Positions 35,361 through 46,315 of a stretch of DNA of 64,000 nucleotides are shown piece after piece. Position numbers and translations under genes: made by a program. Positions within the stretch are counted from its first letter, which is position 1; each line of letters starts with the position of its first letter. The notes under the pieces were generated by a model. It saw nothing but the letters and a program-made list of their open reading frames with translations. It was not told where the DNA came from and did not search any database. This DNA is from Heterodontus francisci (Eukaryota), in contig NC_090392.1 in assembly GCF_036365525.1 (NCBI RefSeq), positions 70,619,247 through 70,683,246 of the forward strand. The letters are read 5' to 3'.

Positions 35361-36404
35361 CATTTTCCTCTTCCACTTTACCCACTAAACAAGCCTATTA
35401 TTCGGGAACAAGAAGTGCTGGAAATACTCAGCAAAGTCTGGCAGCATCTGTGGAGAGAGAGAAGCAAAGTTAACGTTTCAGGTCTGTGACCTTTCATTAT
35501 TATGGCCCTATTATTCGCGGTATTAAATGGGCAAAGTTCCATTGGCTGCAAGGAGTCAACTTGTGGTTTCTCATGAGAAGTAGGGGGAAACCGTCTGCTG
35601 CATCCTAAACTTGCCTCCATAAATGACTTAAGCCATTCAGTGAGACTGAACCATTGAATAGTTAATTAACTAGAGTTCAGAACATCACAAATCTCTCTCA
35701 ACAGGAGATCAGCAGGGAGGCCTCTGTCACCTGTTTTGGAAGTCTGTGAATTTATCTTTTTCTCTTATTTACAGCATGCTTCACACATCACCTCTAGCCC
35801 CAAGAAAGAGCTCAGTAAAATGAACAATTACATCTATTAGGTACATGGATGATAGTATGAAGGGTATGTAGGTAGTTTGATCCTAGAATAGGTTAAAGGT
35901 TCGGCACAACATCATGGGCCGAAGGGCCTGTACTGTGCTGTTCTATGTTACACTCGATCTGGGAGAACTTCATGCTGCCTGGGTGTGTGAAATGTAAAGT
36001 GTTCTATTCAGCAGCACTAACAACCTTCAGCCTGATGATTAGCACATCCAACAACAACTTGCATTTATATGGCAACTTTAATGTAGTATAATAACCCATG
36101 GCGCTTCACAGGAGTGTTAATAACCATAATGCCACGATCCATGTAAGAAGATATTAGGGCAGATAGTGAAAATCTTGGGTCAAAGAGGTAGGTTTCAACG
36201 AGTGTCTTAAAGGAGGCAGGGAGGTTTAAGGACAGAATGCCAGAGTTTAGGTGGTGGAGTGATTAAAATTGGGGATGCTCAAGAAGCCAGAATGGGAGAA
36301 GCGCAGAGGTCTGAGAGAGTTGTAGGGCTGGAGGTAAGTAGAGATTGGGAGGAGTGGGTCCATGGAGGGATTTGAAAACAAAAAAAAGTAGCTGAAATAA
36401 ATGT

Positions 36405-36717
36405 ATTTATTTATTTAGAGATACAGCACTGAAACAGGCCCTTCGGCCCACCGAGTCTGTGCTGACCAACAACCACCCATTTATACTAACCCTACAGTAA
36501 TCCCATATTCCCTACCACCTGCCTACACTAGGGGCAATTTACAATGGCCAATTTACCTATCACCTGCAAGTCTTTGGCTGTGGGAGGAAACCGGAGCTCC
36601 CGGCGAAAACCCACGCGGTCACAGGGAGAACTTGCAAACTCCACACAGGCAGTACCCAGAATCGAACCCAGGTCCCTGGAGCTGTGAGGCTGCGGTGCTA
36701 ACCACTGCGCTGCCCCC
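36405..36717 (-). mobile_element. HE1-like V-SINE
   Basis: Near-identical to the 20447-20781 copy. Confidence 0.85.
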
Positions 36718-36825
36718 AAATGAATGGAAAGTAAAGGTTCCATCATTGATGCATACTCATCAATATTTAAGAGAAGGCATTTGAAATGTTTGTCTGTTAA
36801 TCTTCTCCTCAGGCTGGAATAGACA

Positions 36826-37000
36826 ATGAGACAGGGAGGCAGCAACTTGCTTGTGGGAGAGGGGAATTTCTCCTTTGCCGCTGCCCTGTGTGATCGTGTG
36901 GACAGAGACACCTGGATCATTGCAACCTGCTACGAAAGTGAAAAAGAAATAACGAAGCAGGAAAATGCTGTCAAAAATATTGCCCACCTGTTAGAAAAAG
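36826..37000 (+). CDS. FDXACB1: FDXACB1, coding exon 1
   Basis: MRQGGSNLLVGEGNFSFAAAL... (DUF2431/Bmt5-like motif); donor AAG|GTAAGG. Model 175+157+204+159+1231 nt = 641 aa. Confidence 0.93.
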
Positions 37001-37379
37001 GTAAGGAGGTGATTCTGTTGGGGAAGAGGGGTTGTTTGATGTGCAGTGAGTGCGATAAAAGAAAAGTTGCACGTACTGCAATCTGAAATAAAAACTTGAA
37101 GTGCACATCAGCTCAATCAGTGTCTATCAGAGAAAGATTGGTTAATATTTGTTAGTATCTTTCATCCAAATTAATTTTCACCTAGTGATGCTTAGCAAGT
37201 GAAAAGTAATATCATGTTAGAATTATTCATTTAGGACATCTACAAAGAAATTAAAGGCACTTCTATCGGCTTCCACACCAGGATACTTTATGATGTAACT
37301 TCCAGTTCAAATCGACAGTAATCTCAGCTTCAAGACTGGCCAGCAGCTGCTGGTAATGATTCTGCTGTTGCAATTTGTA

Positions 37380-37660
37380 GCTGCACTCGATCCATCTTTT
37401 GTTTCTTGTTCCTTTACCACCCTTTTTTGCATTGCACAATCATCCTTTTTGTCATTTAATCACTCCTGCTTTCCACCCAACTACAGAGCTTTACTTTTGT
37501 CGTTTCACTCCCCTACCTCTGCATTTGCTTAAAACCTGTTACATCTCAAACTTTTTCCAGTTCTGATGAAAGGCGGTTGTCTTGAAATGTTGACTCTGTT
37601 TCTCTCTCTGCTGATAGAGGCTGCTGCCTATTTCCAGAATGTTTTCTGGTTTTACTTACC
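37380..37660 (+). mobile_element. Penelope-like element 3' end with degenerate hammerhead motif
   Basis: Longest member of the CTGATGA...GAAA repeat family (core at 37563). Confidence 0.5.
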
Positions 37661-38640
37661 GTTTCTCTGCGAGCTTGCACATTGTTAGAACTGAGTCATG
37701 CTGTAAGCAGTGATCAGTTTAATTTCAATGCTTTTGATAAATCTGCATACTGATCTGTTTTTAAAGGAGATGTTCAGTGGCAAGATGGTGGATTGATAAT
37801 TCTTTGTACCTTGGGTTTTATTGTGATAATCTAATTTGGCTTTTAAATTCTCCTACTTAAAATGACTCAATCACATGGTTCAACCATCAACAGGAAGCAG
37901 TTTGGTTGAAGTGCCATGTAACTCTTCTGTCACCCCAGAGAAGTTCAGGATTATTGGGTCACAAAAGAGATATGTTACAAACATCTACTTTATTTCATCA
38001 ATGAAACACAGGCAAACGTAACAACGATGAAATCATCAGCAACAGGACAATTATTGTGATATGGAATTTAAAAAAAAAAACACAGCATTTGCTGGATTCA
38101 ACTTCATGTATGTTCAGATTGAAGTGGCAGTCTTAGCACTGTTCATTTTAACATAGCGTAATGCACCAGCATTTGTAATTATTTAAACTTACCTAATTCC
38201 AGGAAATTATGCTCGATAAGTAGAAAAGAAAAAAAAGATTGAGTTTCTGAAGTCGTTTGGTGAGCAATATGATGAACTTAGAGGCTTGACTGGGAGCCTG
38301 TAACAGGTGGCAGCTCATTTACTAATGGAAAATCCTAACTGAGGTGGCACATCTAGACATAACAGGGTATGGTAATATGACATATCTGCTAATTTTAATA
38401 TAATTATAGGTAAATTGTATATTGTAACCTTGGAGCTGGGTGCAACATAAGATAGCATATCTCTTATGTTCAGTTTTGAGGATTAATAATATGTGCTTGG
38501 CAAAGTTAGCCCCTTCTAGTTTATTTGGTAATGAAATGGGTGTTGGCAACGCTCTAAATCTATCACACAATGTACATGGGAGACAGGAATCGATTGCAAT
38601 GGCATATTAATGCAGTGACTCCTTGACCATTATCTTTCAG

Positions 38641-38797
38641 GAGCAGAAGTTTACTTTCAAGTGGACTGTACGAACCTGCAGGAATGTCCATGCTTGAGAA
38701 GCAGATGGTTTGACAGGATTATCTTCAATTTCCCTCACTGTGGCAGGAAGGCTGGGATGAAAAAGAACAGAGACCTTCTGGCTAAATTTTTTCTGAA
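38641..38797 (+). CDS. FDXACB1: FDXACB1, coding exon 2
   Basis: tttcag|GAEVYFQVDCTNL...FDRIIFNFPHCGRKAGMKKNRDLLAKFFL|gtgagt. Confidence 0.93.
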
Positions 38798-39419
38798 GTG
38801 AGTTCTGAACATGGGTATTAAAATCCACAACGTCGAGTGTTGGATTAAAGACTTCTCTGCTTAATGTTCAATGATTGTGCTGGGTATTCCCATGTCAGCT
38901 TCGCAAGGAACTATGCAATGTAGCTTATTGGGAGCTGTTGACAACCTCAATCCTTGTTTTATATGTGTTTTTATTTAGACAAATGTAATCTATTTTTGTT
39001 TTACATTTGCAGGCCATTTGTACCTTTCTGAAACTGGTGTATGTGGGGGGAAGGGGTTGGGCAAGAGAAAGAGGAGGGGAAAGGTCACAGTCACAGTGAC
39101 AAACGTCTTCAAGACTTCATTCACCCAATCAGTAAAAAGATGGAGCAGTGTCAGTTTTCCCATTATCTGAAACGATAGCTAAATAGATGGATTTGGTCTG
39201 ACATCAATTAGGTGGAATTGTCGGCATTCCGAAAAGGGAATTTTAACTCTTGGCTGGGAAATGGTGGGATGTGCGGATCAGCTGTCTGGGAGCTGCAGTG
39301 GGAGGCGAGCTCCATTTTAACGATCGGGCCATAATAACATCAGGCCAGTGGTTGAAATGGGCATTCAGTGAGAAGATCACCAACTTCCTTCTACAATCCT
39401 CAAGCTTTTGAAATCTAAT

Positions 39420-39870
39420 AGGATCATAGAAAATTTACGACACAGAAAGAGGCCACTTGGCCCATTGTGTCTGCACCGGCCGAAAAACGAGCCACCCAGT
39501 CAAATCCCACTTTCCAGCATTTGGTCCGTAGCCCTGCAGGTTACGGCACTTGAGGTGCACATCCAGGCACCTTTTAAATGGGTTGAGGGTTTCTGCCTCT
39601 ACTACCCTGACAGGCAGTGACTTCCAGACCCCCACCACCCTCTGGGTGAAAAAGCTTTTCCTCATCTCCCCCACTAACCTTTCAACCAATCACTTTAAAT
39701 CTAGTCACTGACATCTCTGCTAAGGTAAATAGGCCCTCCCCATCCACTCTATCCAGGCCCTCACAATTTTGTGCAGTTTAATCAGATCTCCCCTCAGCCT
39801 TCTCTGTTCCAAGGAGAACAACTCCAGCCTATCCAGTCTTTCCTCATAGCTGCATTTTTCCAGTCCTGCC
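39420..39870 (-). mobile_element. CR1 3' fragment
   Basis: MRKSFFTQRVVGVWKSLP...FKRCLDVHL. Confidence 0.85.
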
Positions 39871-40086
39871 AAGCTTCACATCACCAAATTACTGATTCAT
39901 TGTTCTACTTTTAGTCACCTTTGGTGCTGTACTGTATTTTGTGCCTTAGCCCTTCACCTGTGTTTCTGAATTTAACTAATGTAATTCATGCTTGTTTAAT
40001 GTAGTCTTTTGCTTCTCCTCACTGTGCTCAGTTCAATGTTATTCACTTTGCTGACAGCAGTAATATTATTGTGGCTTTTGTTTCAG

Positions 40087-40290
40087 TTGTGCAGATGTTC
40101 TAACTGCAGAAGGTGATGTTCATGTTACCCTGTGCAGGGGGCAAGGAGGGACCGCTGCTGATCAACCAACGCGAGAATGGCACAACAGCTGGCAAATAGT
40201 TGCCATGGCTGCAAGAGCTGGTTTCGTTTTGAGTAAAGTGCAGACGTTTGACTGCACACGTTATTATGGCTACACAAGCACAGGATATAG
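40087..40290 (+). CDS. FDXACB1: FDXACB1, coding exon 3
   Basis: tttcag|CADVLTAEGDVHVTLCRGQGGTAADQPTREWHNSWQIVAMAA...GYTSTGYR|gtaggc. Confidence 0.93.
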
Positions 40291-40661
40291 GTAGGCGATT
40301 AGCAGGCTAATGCATGGCTACATGTCGTTCCCAATGTATTTTGCACGTAGCTGTGTGTAACATGGTTTCTGTATTCCTCATGATATCTGAGGAATCAAAT
40401 GCTGGAGCAGGCACCTTGAGAAAATGTTACAACCATTTTAATATCATAACAGTCAATGCTGTAAATGACCTTTGGTGATATTAGCACACACACCCCTGAC
40501 ATTCCAATGTCCACTATTTAAATGGGAGATGTTAACCCAAGTATCTGAAATGCATCTTATAATAATCCCCCCTCCCCATCTGCTCATTTAGCTGTCTATA
40601 AAGTTCTTATTGGATAATGTAAGATGCTGGTAGTATATATAAACCGTACATGATGGCAGTC

Positions 40662-41306
40662 TTTGATTTGATTTGATTTAGAGATACAGCACTGAAACAG
40701 GCCCTTCGGCCCACCGAGTCTGTGCCGACCAACAACCACCCATTTAGGGCAGCACAGTGGCGCAGTGGTTAGCACTGCAGCCTCACAGCTGCAGGGACCC
40801 GGGCTCGATTCTGGGTACTGCCTGTGTGGAGTTTGCAAGTTCTCCCTGTGTCTGCGTGGGTTTTCTCCGGGTGCTCCGGTTTCCTCCCACAAGCCAAAAG
40901 ACTTGCAGGTTGGTAGGTAAATTGGCCGTTATAAATTGTCACTAGTATAGGTAGGTGGTAGGGAAATATAGAGACAGGTGGGGATGTTTGGTAGGAATAT
41001 GGGATTAGTGTAGGATTAGTATAAATGGGTGGTTGATGGTCGGCACAGACTCGGTGGGCCGAAGGGCCTGTTTCAGTGCTGTATCTCTAATCTAATCTAA
41101 TCTAACCCTACAGTAATCCCATATTCCCTACCACCTCCCTACACTAGGGGAAATTTACAATGGCCAATTTACCTACCACCTGCAAGTCTTTGGCTGTGGG
41201 AGGAAACTGGCAGTCACAGGGAGAACCTGCAAACTCCGCAGGCAGTGCCCAGAATTGAACCCGGGTCCCTAGAGCTGTGAGGCTGCGGTGCTAACCACTG
41301 CGCCAC
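40662..41306. mobile_element. Nested HE1-like SINEs (plus copy ~40747-41105 inside a minus copy)
   Basis: Minus-strand tail 40662-40746, then a full plus-strand SINE ending in (TCTAA)n, then the rest of the minus copy. Confidence 0.85.
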
Positions 41307-41735
41307 TCTTTATAAAAGATCTGCATTTATACGATGCTTTTCACAACCCAAAGTGCTACTCAGCCAATGAACAGAGCAGCTATTCTAGATGTGGCAAAGT
41401 CCCACACAAAGCAATGAGATGAATCTTTGATGGGATGATTTTTGGCCAGGACAACCTCTTTTTAAAAAAATCTCCACCAGATCATACATTGATTTAACAT
41501 CTCATTCGACAATGCTACACTTCCTCAGCACTGTACTCAAAAATCAGCCTAGATTATGTGGGCAAGTCCTCATTCACACATCTCACTACCTTACTGTCAT
41601 GCTGATGATGTTGACTTTAAAGCTGAAACTCTCATTTTATATATCCACATGCATATCATGAGAAGCAGATTTCTCAAATTGCTTTGATTACAGTCCTTCC
41701 CTTGTAAAACATTTTAAATTGTATTTTTCTTTCAG

Positions 41736-41894
41736 GAGTCAAGATAAGCCTTTCCATGTTGATCGAGCTCTAACCCACGTGTTCACTAGAAGCCTGCCCT
41801 TCAGCAAGATAAAGCCAGTTGTCATGGAAACTGTCATTGGGAGTGAGCACTGCTCCTTCCAGATCCCTGAGGAACTTATTGAAAAGATAAACAG
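41736..41894 (+). CDS. FDXACB1: FDXACB1, coding exon 4
   Basis: ttcag|SQDKPFHVDRALTHVFTRSLPF...QIPEELIEKINR|gttgag. Confidence 0.92.
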
Positions 41895-42461
41895 GTTGAG
41901 TCGCAGAACTGCACGTCGCAAAAATAGAGATTTCGAGCCGCTGCTTAACTGTGTCGTCTGTGTTTGTTTGAAACGGTGACAAAGGTTAACTTCGCTATTG
42001 AAATAGCACGGAGAGCAAGTTCACTAATAAGGCTAGGCACTGTCAGAGAGCGCAAAAGCTTCCATTAAGTTCATTAGTTTCCTTGATTTCCTGAAAGGGC
42101 ATAATAGCCTTATGACATAGCTCAAACAGCTGTTATTTTACATAATATATGCATACCATCTGATCTGTTATTTCTTTACTTTTATTATACTTCTAAAATG
42201 ATAGTAACATTTTATTGCAGCATGATAAATTTTCTCTTTTGATGTTTATATCTGCTAACAGAAGAGAGGCTTTAGAAAATCATTGTGCAAGCAAGTGCAG
42301 ATATTAAAGAAAAGTGTTACAGGGATTCAAAACAATGATTTCATTCTGCAATTTATATATTTTTTCATCTCTTTTGCATATTTACCATAAGTTCCCCTTT
42401 ATAAGCATTAAATTGTTGCCAAGAATGATCATTAACCTCAACCTGATCATCACTTCTGTTG

Positions 42462-42694
42462 TAATAAAAACAAGAAATGCTGGAAATACTCAGCAGGTCT
42501 GGCAACATCTGTGGAGAGAGAAGCAGAGTTAACGTTTCAAGTCAGTGACCCTTCATCAGTCTAGTTCTGATGAAGGGTCACTGACCTGAAACGTTAACTC
42601 TGCTTCTCTCTCCACAGATGCTGCCAGACCTGCTGAGTATTTCCAGTATTTATTTCAAATTTCCAGCATCTGCAGTATTTTGCTTTTATTATGC
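42462..42694. repeat. Palindromic Penelope-like repeat with minimal hammerhead ribozyme motif
   Basis: ~85-bp inverted arms around TCTAGTT; plus arm AGTT-CTGATGA-A-GGGTC-ACT-GACCT-GAAA-CGTT-AACT (42563-42599). Confidence 0.75.
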
Positions 42695-42719
42695 CATTAC
42701 TTTTGTTGACTTTCTATTG

Positions 42720-42995
42720 AATGTTGTTCAGTTGTTGGGTGCTGATATGTGATTAAATATTGGCCAGGACACCAGGGACAACTCCTCTAGTCTTCTTAGA
42801 ATAGTGCCATGTGATCATTTGTGTCCACCTGAGAAAGCAGATGGGGCCTCAGTTTAACGTCTCATCTCAAAGACAGTACCTCTGACAGTGCAGCGCTCCC
42901 TCAGTACTGCATTGAAATACTAGCTTAGATTATGTATTTAAGTGGAACTTGAATCCACAACTTTCTGACTCAAAGAAGTGTTTCTACCACTGAAA
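42720..42995 (-). mobile_element. Deu-domain SINE (SacSINE1-like)
   Basis: Reverse complement of the 548-1010 family. Further partial copies near 26900-27040, 41320-41570, 46590-46855, 54950-55225 and 61140-61720. Confidence 0.65.
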
Positions 42996-43454
42996 CAGTG
43001 TTATCCACTGAGGTACCATGTGTTCTTATTTTATTCTGATGAAAGGTCATCGACCTGAAACATTAACTCTGTTTCTCTCTCCGCAGATGCTGCCTGACCT
43101 GCTGAATATTTCCAGCATTTTCTGTTTTTATTTCAGATTTCCAGCCGACTGTATTTTGCTTTTGTACAGTATTAGTGTTAATATTTTGTTTTGGCTGAGC
43201 CCTGGTATTTTGAGCCCCATTCACACCCTCCTCCTTTTTCTAAGAAACAGTATTTTGGAGTGCTCAAAAGAAAGATGGTGGAGTTCAATCCTACTGGCTT
43301 CAAAAACTGTAGCAGGAGAGGTGGGGAGCGCAGAGGTCGTGGTTACACTGAGAGAAGTATAAAGTGCTCACCTTGCCTTCAGTCATATTGAGATTGTACC
43401 TGAAACTGACACCTGCTTCAAGGATCTCTACTTTCATGTAGCAGTGAGGAGATA

Positions 43455-43779
43455 GAAACAGAGAGATACAGCACTGAAACAGGCCCTTCGGCCCACCGAG
43501 TCTGTGCCGACCAACGACCATTTATACTAATCCTACATTAATCCCATATTCTCTACCACATCCCCACCATTCTCCTACCACCTACCTACACTAGATGCAA
43601 TTTACAATGGCCAATTTACCTATCAACCTGCAAGTCTTCAGATGTGGGAGGAAACCGGAGCACCCGGCAGAAACCCATGCGGTCACAGGGAGAACTTGCA
43701 AACTCCGCACAGCAGTACCCAGAACCGAACCCAGGTCGCTGGAGCCGTGAGGCTGCGGTGCTAACCACTGCGCCGCCCC
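43455..43779 (-). mobile_element. HE1-like V-SINE
   Basis: Same family as 20447-20781. Confidence 0.85.
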
Positions 43780-44132
43780 AAATGCCACAGAAATGTCTTT
43801 CACTTTAACTGAAGCAGCCCTTGCGTAGCCAGAGAAGGTGGATTATTGGGCGATCTCAGCTCAGAGGCAGATGCTTGAATCCCCGCTAATTTCTGGAAGA
43901 CGACACGACCTATCGGAGCTGCTGGTACAACAGTAATGGTTGACTATGCACCAGAAGCAGGTCCAATGTCCATTGTGTGGAGATGGTCCCACGATTTGCC
44001 CTTGCAAGACTGCATCAGCGGCTCTTGTTCTCAGCCAGTCCATCCTCCTCGCAGACCCTTGTTCGAGAACCTCTAAACTAGAGAAATATAGGCCTTTTAC
44101 TATTGTTCTAACAGAGTTTTTAATCATTGCAG

Positions 44133-45363
44133 GAATTTTCTTCGGAAAGGTTCAAACCATCCAGTAAAAATCATTAACGAGTTGTTGAGAAAGCAGTTTG
44201 CAGATACGGTGACTGTACAGGAACTGGAGGACAACTTTCCTCTGCTGTCAAAGCAATACCTTCAGTCTGATGACACCTGTGTAGGACCTGAGATTTGTCA
44301 GGCTGAGCTTTATTGGGTTAGCTGCTCCAACTGTCAAGACGACAAATGGAGAAGCAGTGAGTGTGCACGTGTGACCGAGCCTCAATGTTGTGATGTTTCT
44401 ACGCCAGTGTCTCCTCTGAGCCTCGGGAGCAGGACAGGGCGGAATGCGGACTGCTGCGTTTTAAAACAGGCTGAGGTCCCTGATGTGAGCGAGGGTTGCA
44501 CGAGATACTGTCTCCGGCCTACTCTGACAGGGTATGTGTACAATGCTTTGCAAAGACCAGACTTCAAAGCTGAAGTAATCTATACGCTCAGTGGCACTGT
44601 TTTCAGAAAGTGCCTGATTACACCACAGACTATGCCAGTCTTCCACGAGATGGTTTTAGTTAGTACTTTTAGTGACAAAAGAAAACCAGACTTTTTACAT
44701 CGATTTATGTGCTCTGTGGAGAGTGCCATTTCATTCCTCATAAAGTCAGTGTCAAGTGCCACTGCCTCTAAAGTCCACCAGATGGACACAGGCTTAAGAT
44801 CAGTCACCTTTAAAGAGGAGGCCAGTGCAAAAAGTTGGAATATTTGTTTTCAAGACGTGGAACATCCAGAATTTACCAATCTATCTGTTGGAAAATTAAT
44901 TTCCGTTCCTTATAAACAGACCAACGACGAGCTAAGTATCTGTGTCACTTCAATAAATCTTGACCTGCTGTCCATGGTGTTGTATCACATAAATGATTGG
45001 AGAATGTTATGGACATTCGATGAACGCTTCCTAAACCAGATTAGTGGGTCGGAATTGAAACCTTTTTGTGGTTTCTCACTCTATCCGCCCTCCTATCCAC
45101 ACGATGTCAGCTTCTGGGTTGGCGTGAATGGGAAACTGGATGAGTTGGAGCTCCATGCCGTTGTAAGGCGAGTAAGCAGGGAGTCGGTGCGGGAAATGAA
45201 GTTGATTGACAGTTTCTGGCACGCTCAAACCAAGCGTATGAGCTACTGTTACAGGCTAACGTACCAGTCATGTGACAGGGCATTGTCCTATCAGCAAGCA
45301 TTGGAAATGCAACTGCATCTCCGTGATGAACTGCAGAAAAGCTTTCAAGTAACTCTCAGATAA
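44133..45363 (+). CDS. FDXACB1: FDXACB1, last exon (PheRS-like region and FDX-ACB domain)
   Basis: ttgcag|RNFLRKGSNHPVKIINELL...CLRPTL...WRMLWTFDERFL...YPPSYPHDVSFW...SYCYRLTYQSCDRALS...QVTLR*. AATAAA at 45484-45489. Confidence 0.95.
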
Positions 45364-45914
45364 AAAAAAAGTCCTTCGACCAGTGTTTGAAACGTTGATA
45401 TCTACTTCCTGCTGTGCAGGATAAGCAGAACACATACTTTGCTATTGGTGCCAGTATGTTTCAGGAAAAATTGCACTTGAGCAAATAAACGTCAGTGTTT
45501 ACAATATGCTTCTTGTTCCATGGCCTTAATTCATCACCTCAAACTTCTCTCACTACTACTATCACCAGTAACCACTAATATGTTACCTTCCTGTTAATTA
45601 ATTCAAAATGTTCTCCAGATGCAAACCGAATTCGGAAGTATAAACCTATAATTTGTACTGAATGTTTGTTTTTCACTGTTCAAGTGAACATGAGATTAAA
45701 AACTTTATGCAAATGGCACTGCAGTGTGGGGAATAATTCTCTCCTGTATGACAAGTGCCTCACTTATTAACTGATTCATATTATCTTCTAGGATTTGATT
45801 TGTGTTTTAGGGCCATGTCTGATGAGCAGAGGGATCTATTGCAAAAAGAGTTCCTCGTGAAAGAATTTTACAGCATTTTAAGTGGATTTTTTGCATAAAC
45901 ATAATTTTTTTCTT

Positions 45915-46315
45915 TTATTCATTCAGGGGATGTGGGTGTCGCTGGCTAGGCCAGCACTTATTGCACATCGCTAATTGCCCTTGAGAAGGTGGTGGTGAGC
46001 TCCTTCTTGAACCGCTGCAGTCCTTGGGATGTAGGTACACCCACAGTGCTGTTAGGAAGGGAATTCCAGGATTTTGACCTGGTGACAGCAAAGATACAGC
46101 GATATACTTCCAAATCAGGATTGTGTGTGGCTTGGAGGGGAACTTGCTGGTGATGGGTGTTCCCATGCATCTGCTTCCCTTGTCCTTCTAGGTGGTAGAA
46201 GGTGCTGTCAAAGGAGCCTAGGTGAGTTACTGCAGTGCATCTTGTAGATGGTGCACACCGCTGCCACTGTACATCGGAGGTGGAGGGAGCGAATGTTGAA
46301 GGTTGGCACCCCATC
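45915..46315 (-). mobile_element. LINE 3' end fragment
   Basis: KFPSKPHTILIWKYIAV...KSWNSLPNSTVG...GLQRFK, a typical LINE ORF2 C-terminus. Confidence 0.7.

Noticed and set aside
34982-35489. Overlapping 100-160 aa ORFs on both strands
   Set aside because: GC-rich sequence poor in stop codons that runs into a repeat; no recognisable domain; better explained as promoter or UTR.
43820-44080. CPLCGDGP zinc-knuckle-like fragment
   Set aside because: Possibly a decayed LINE 3' end but too short and degenerate to assign.
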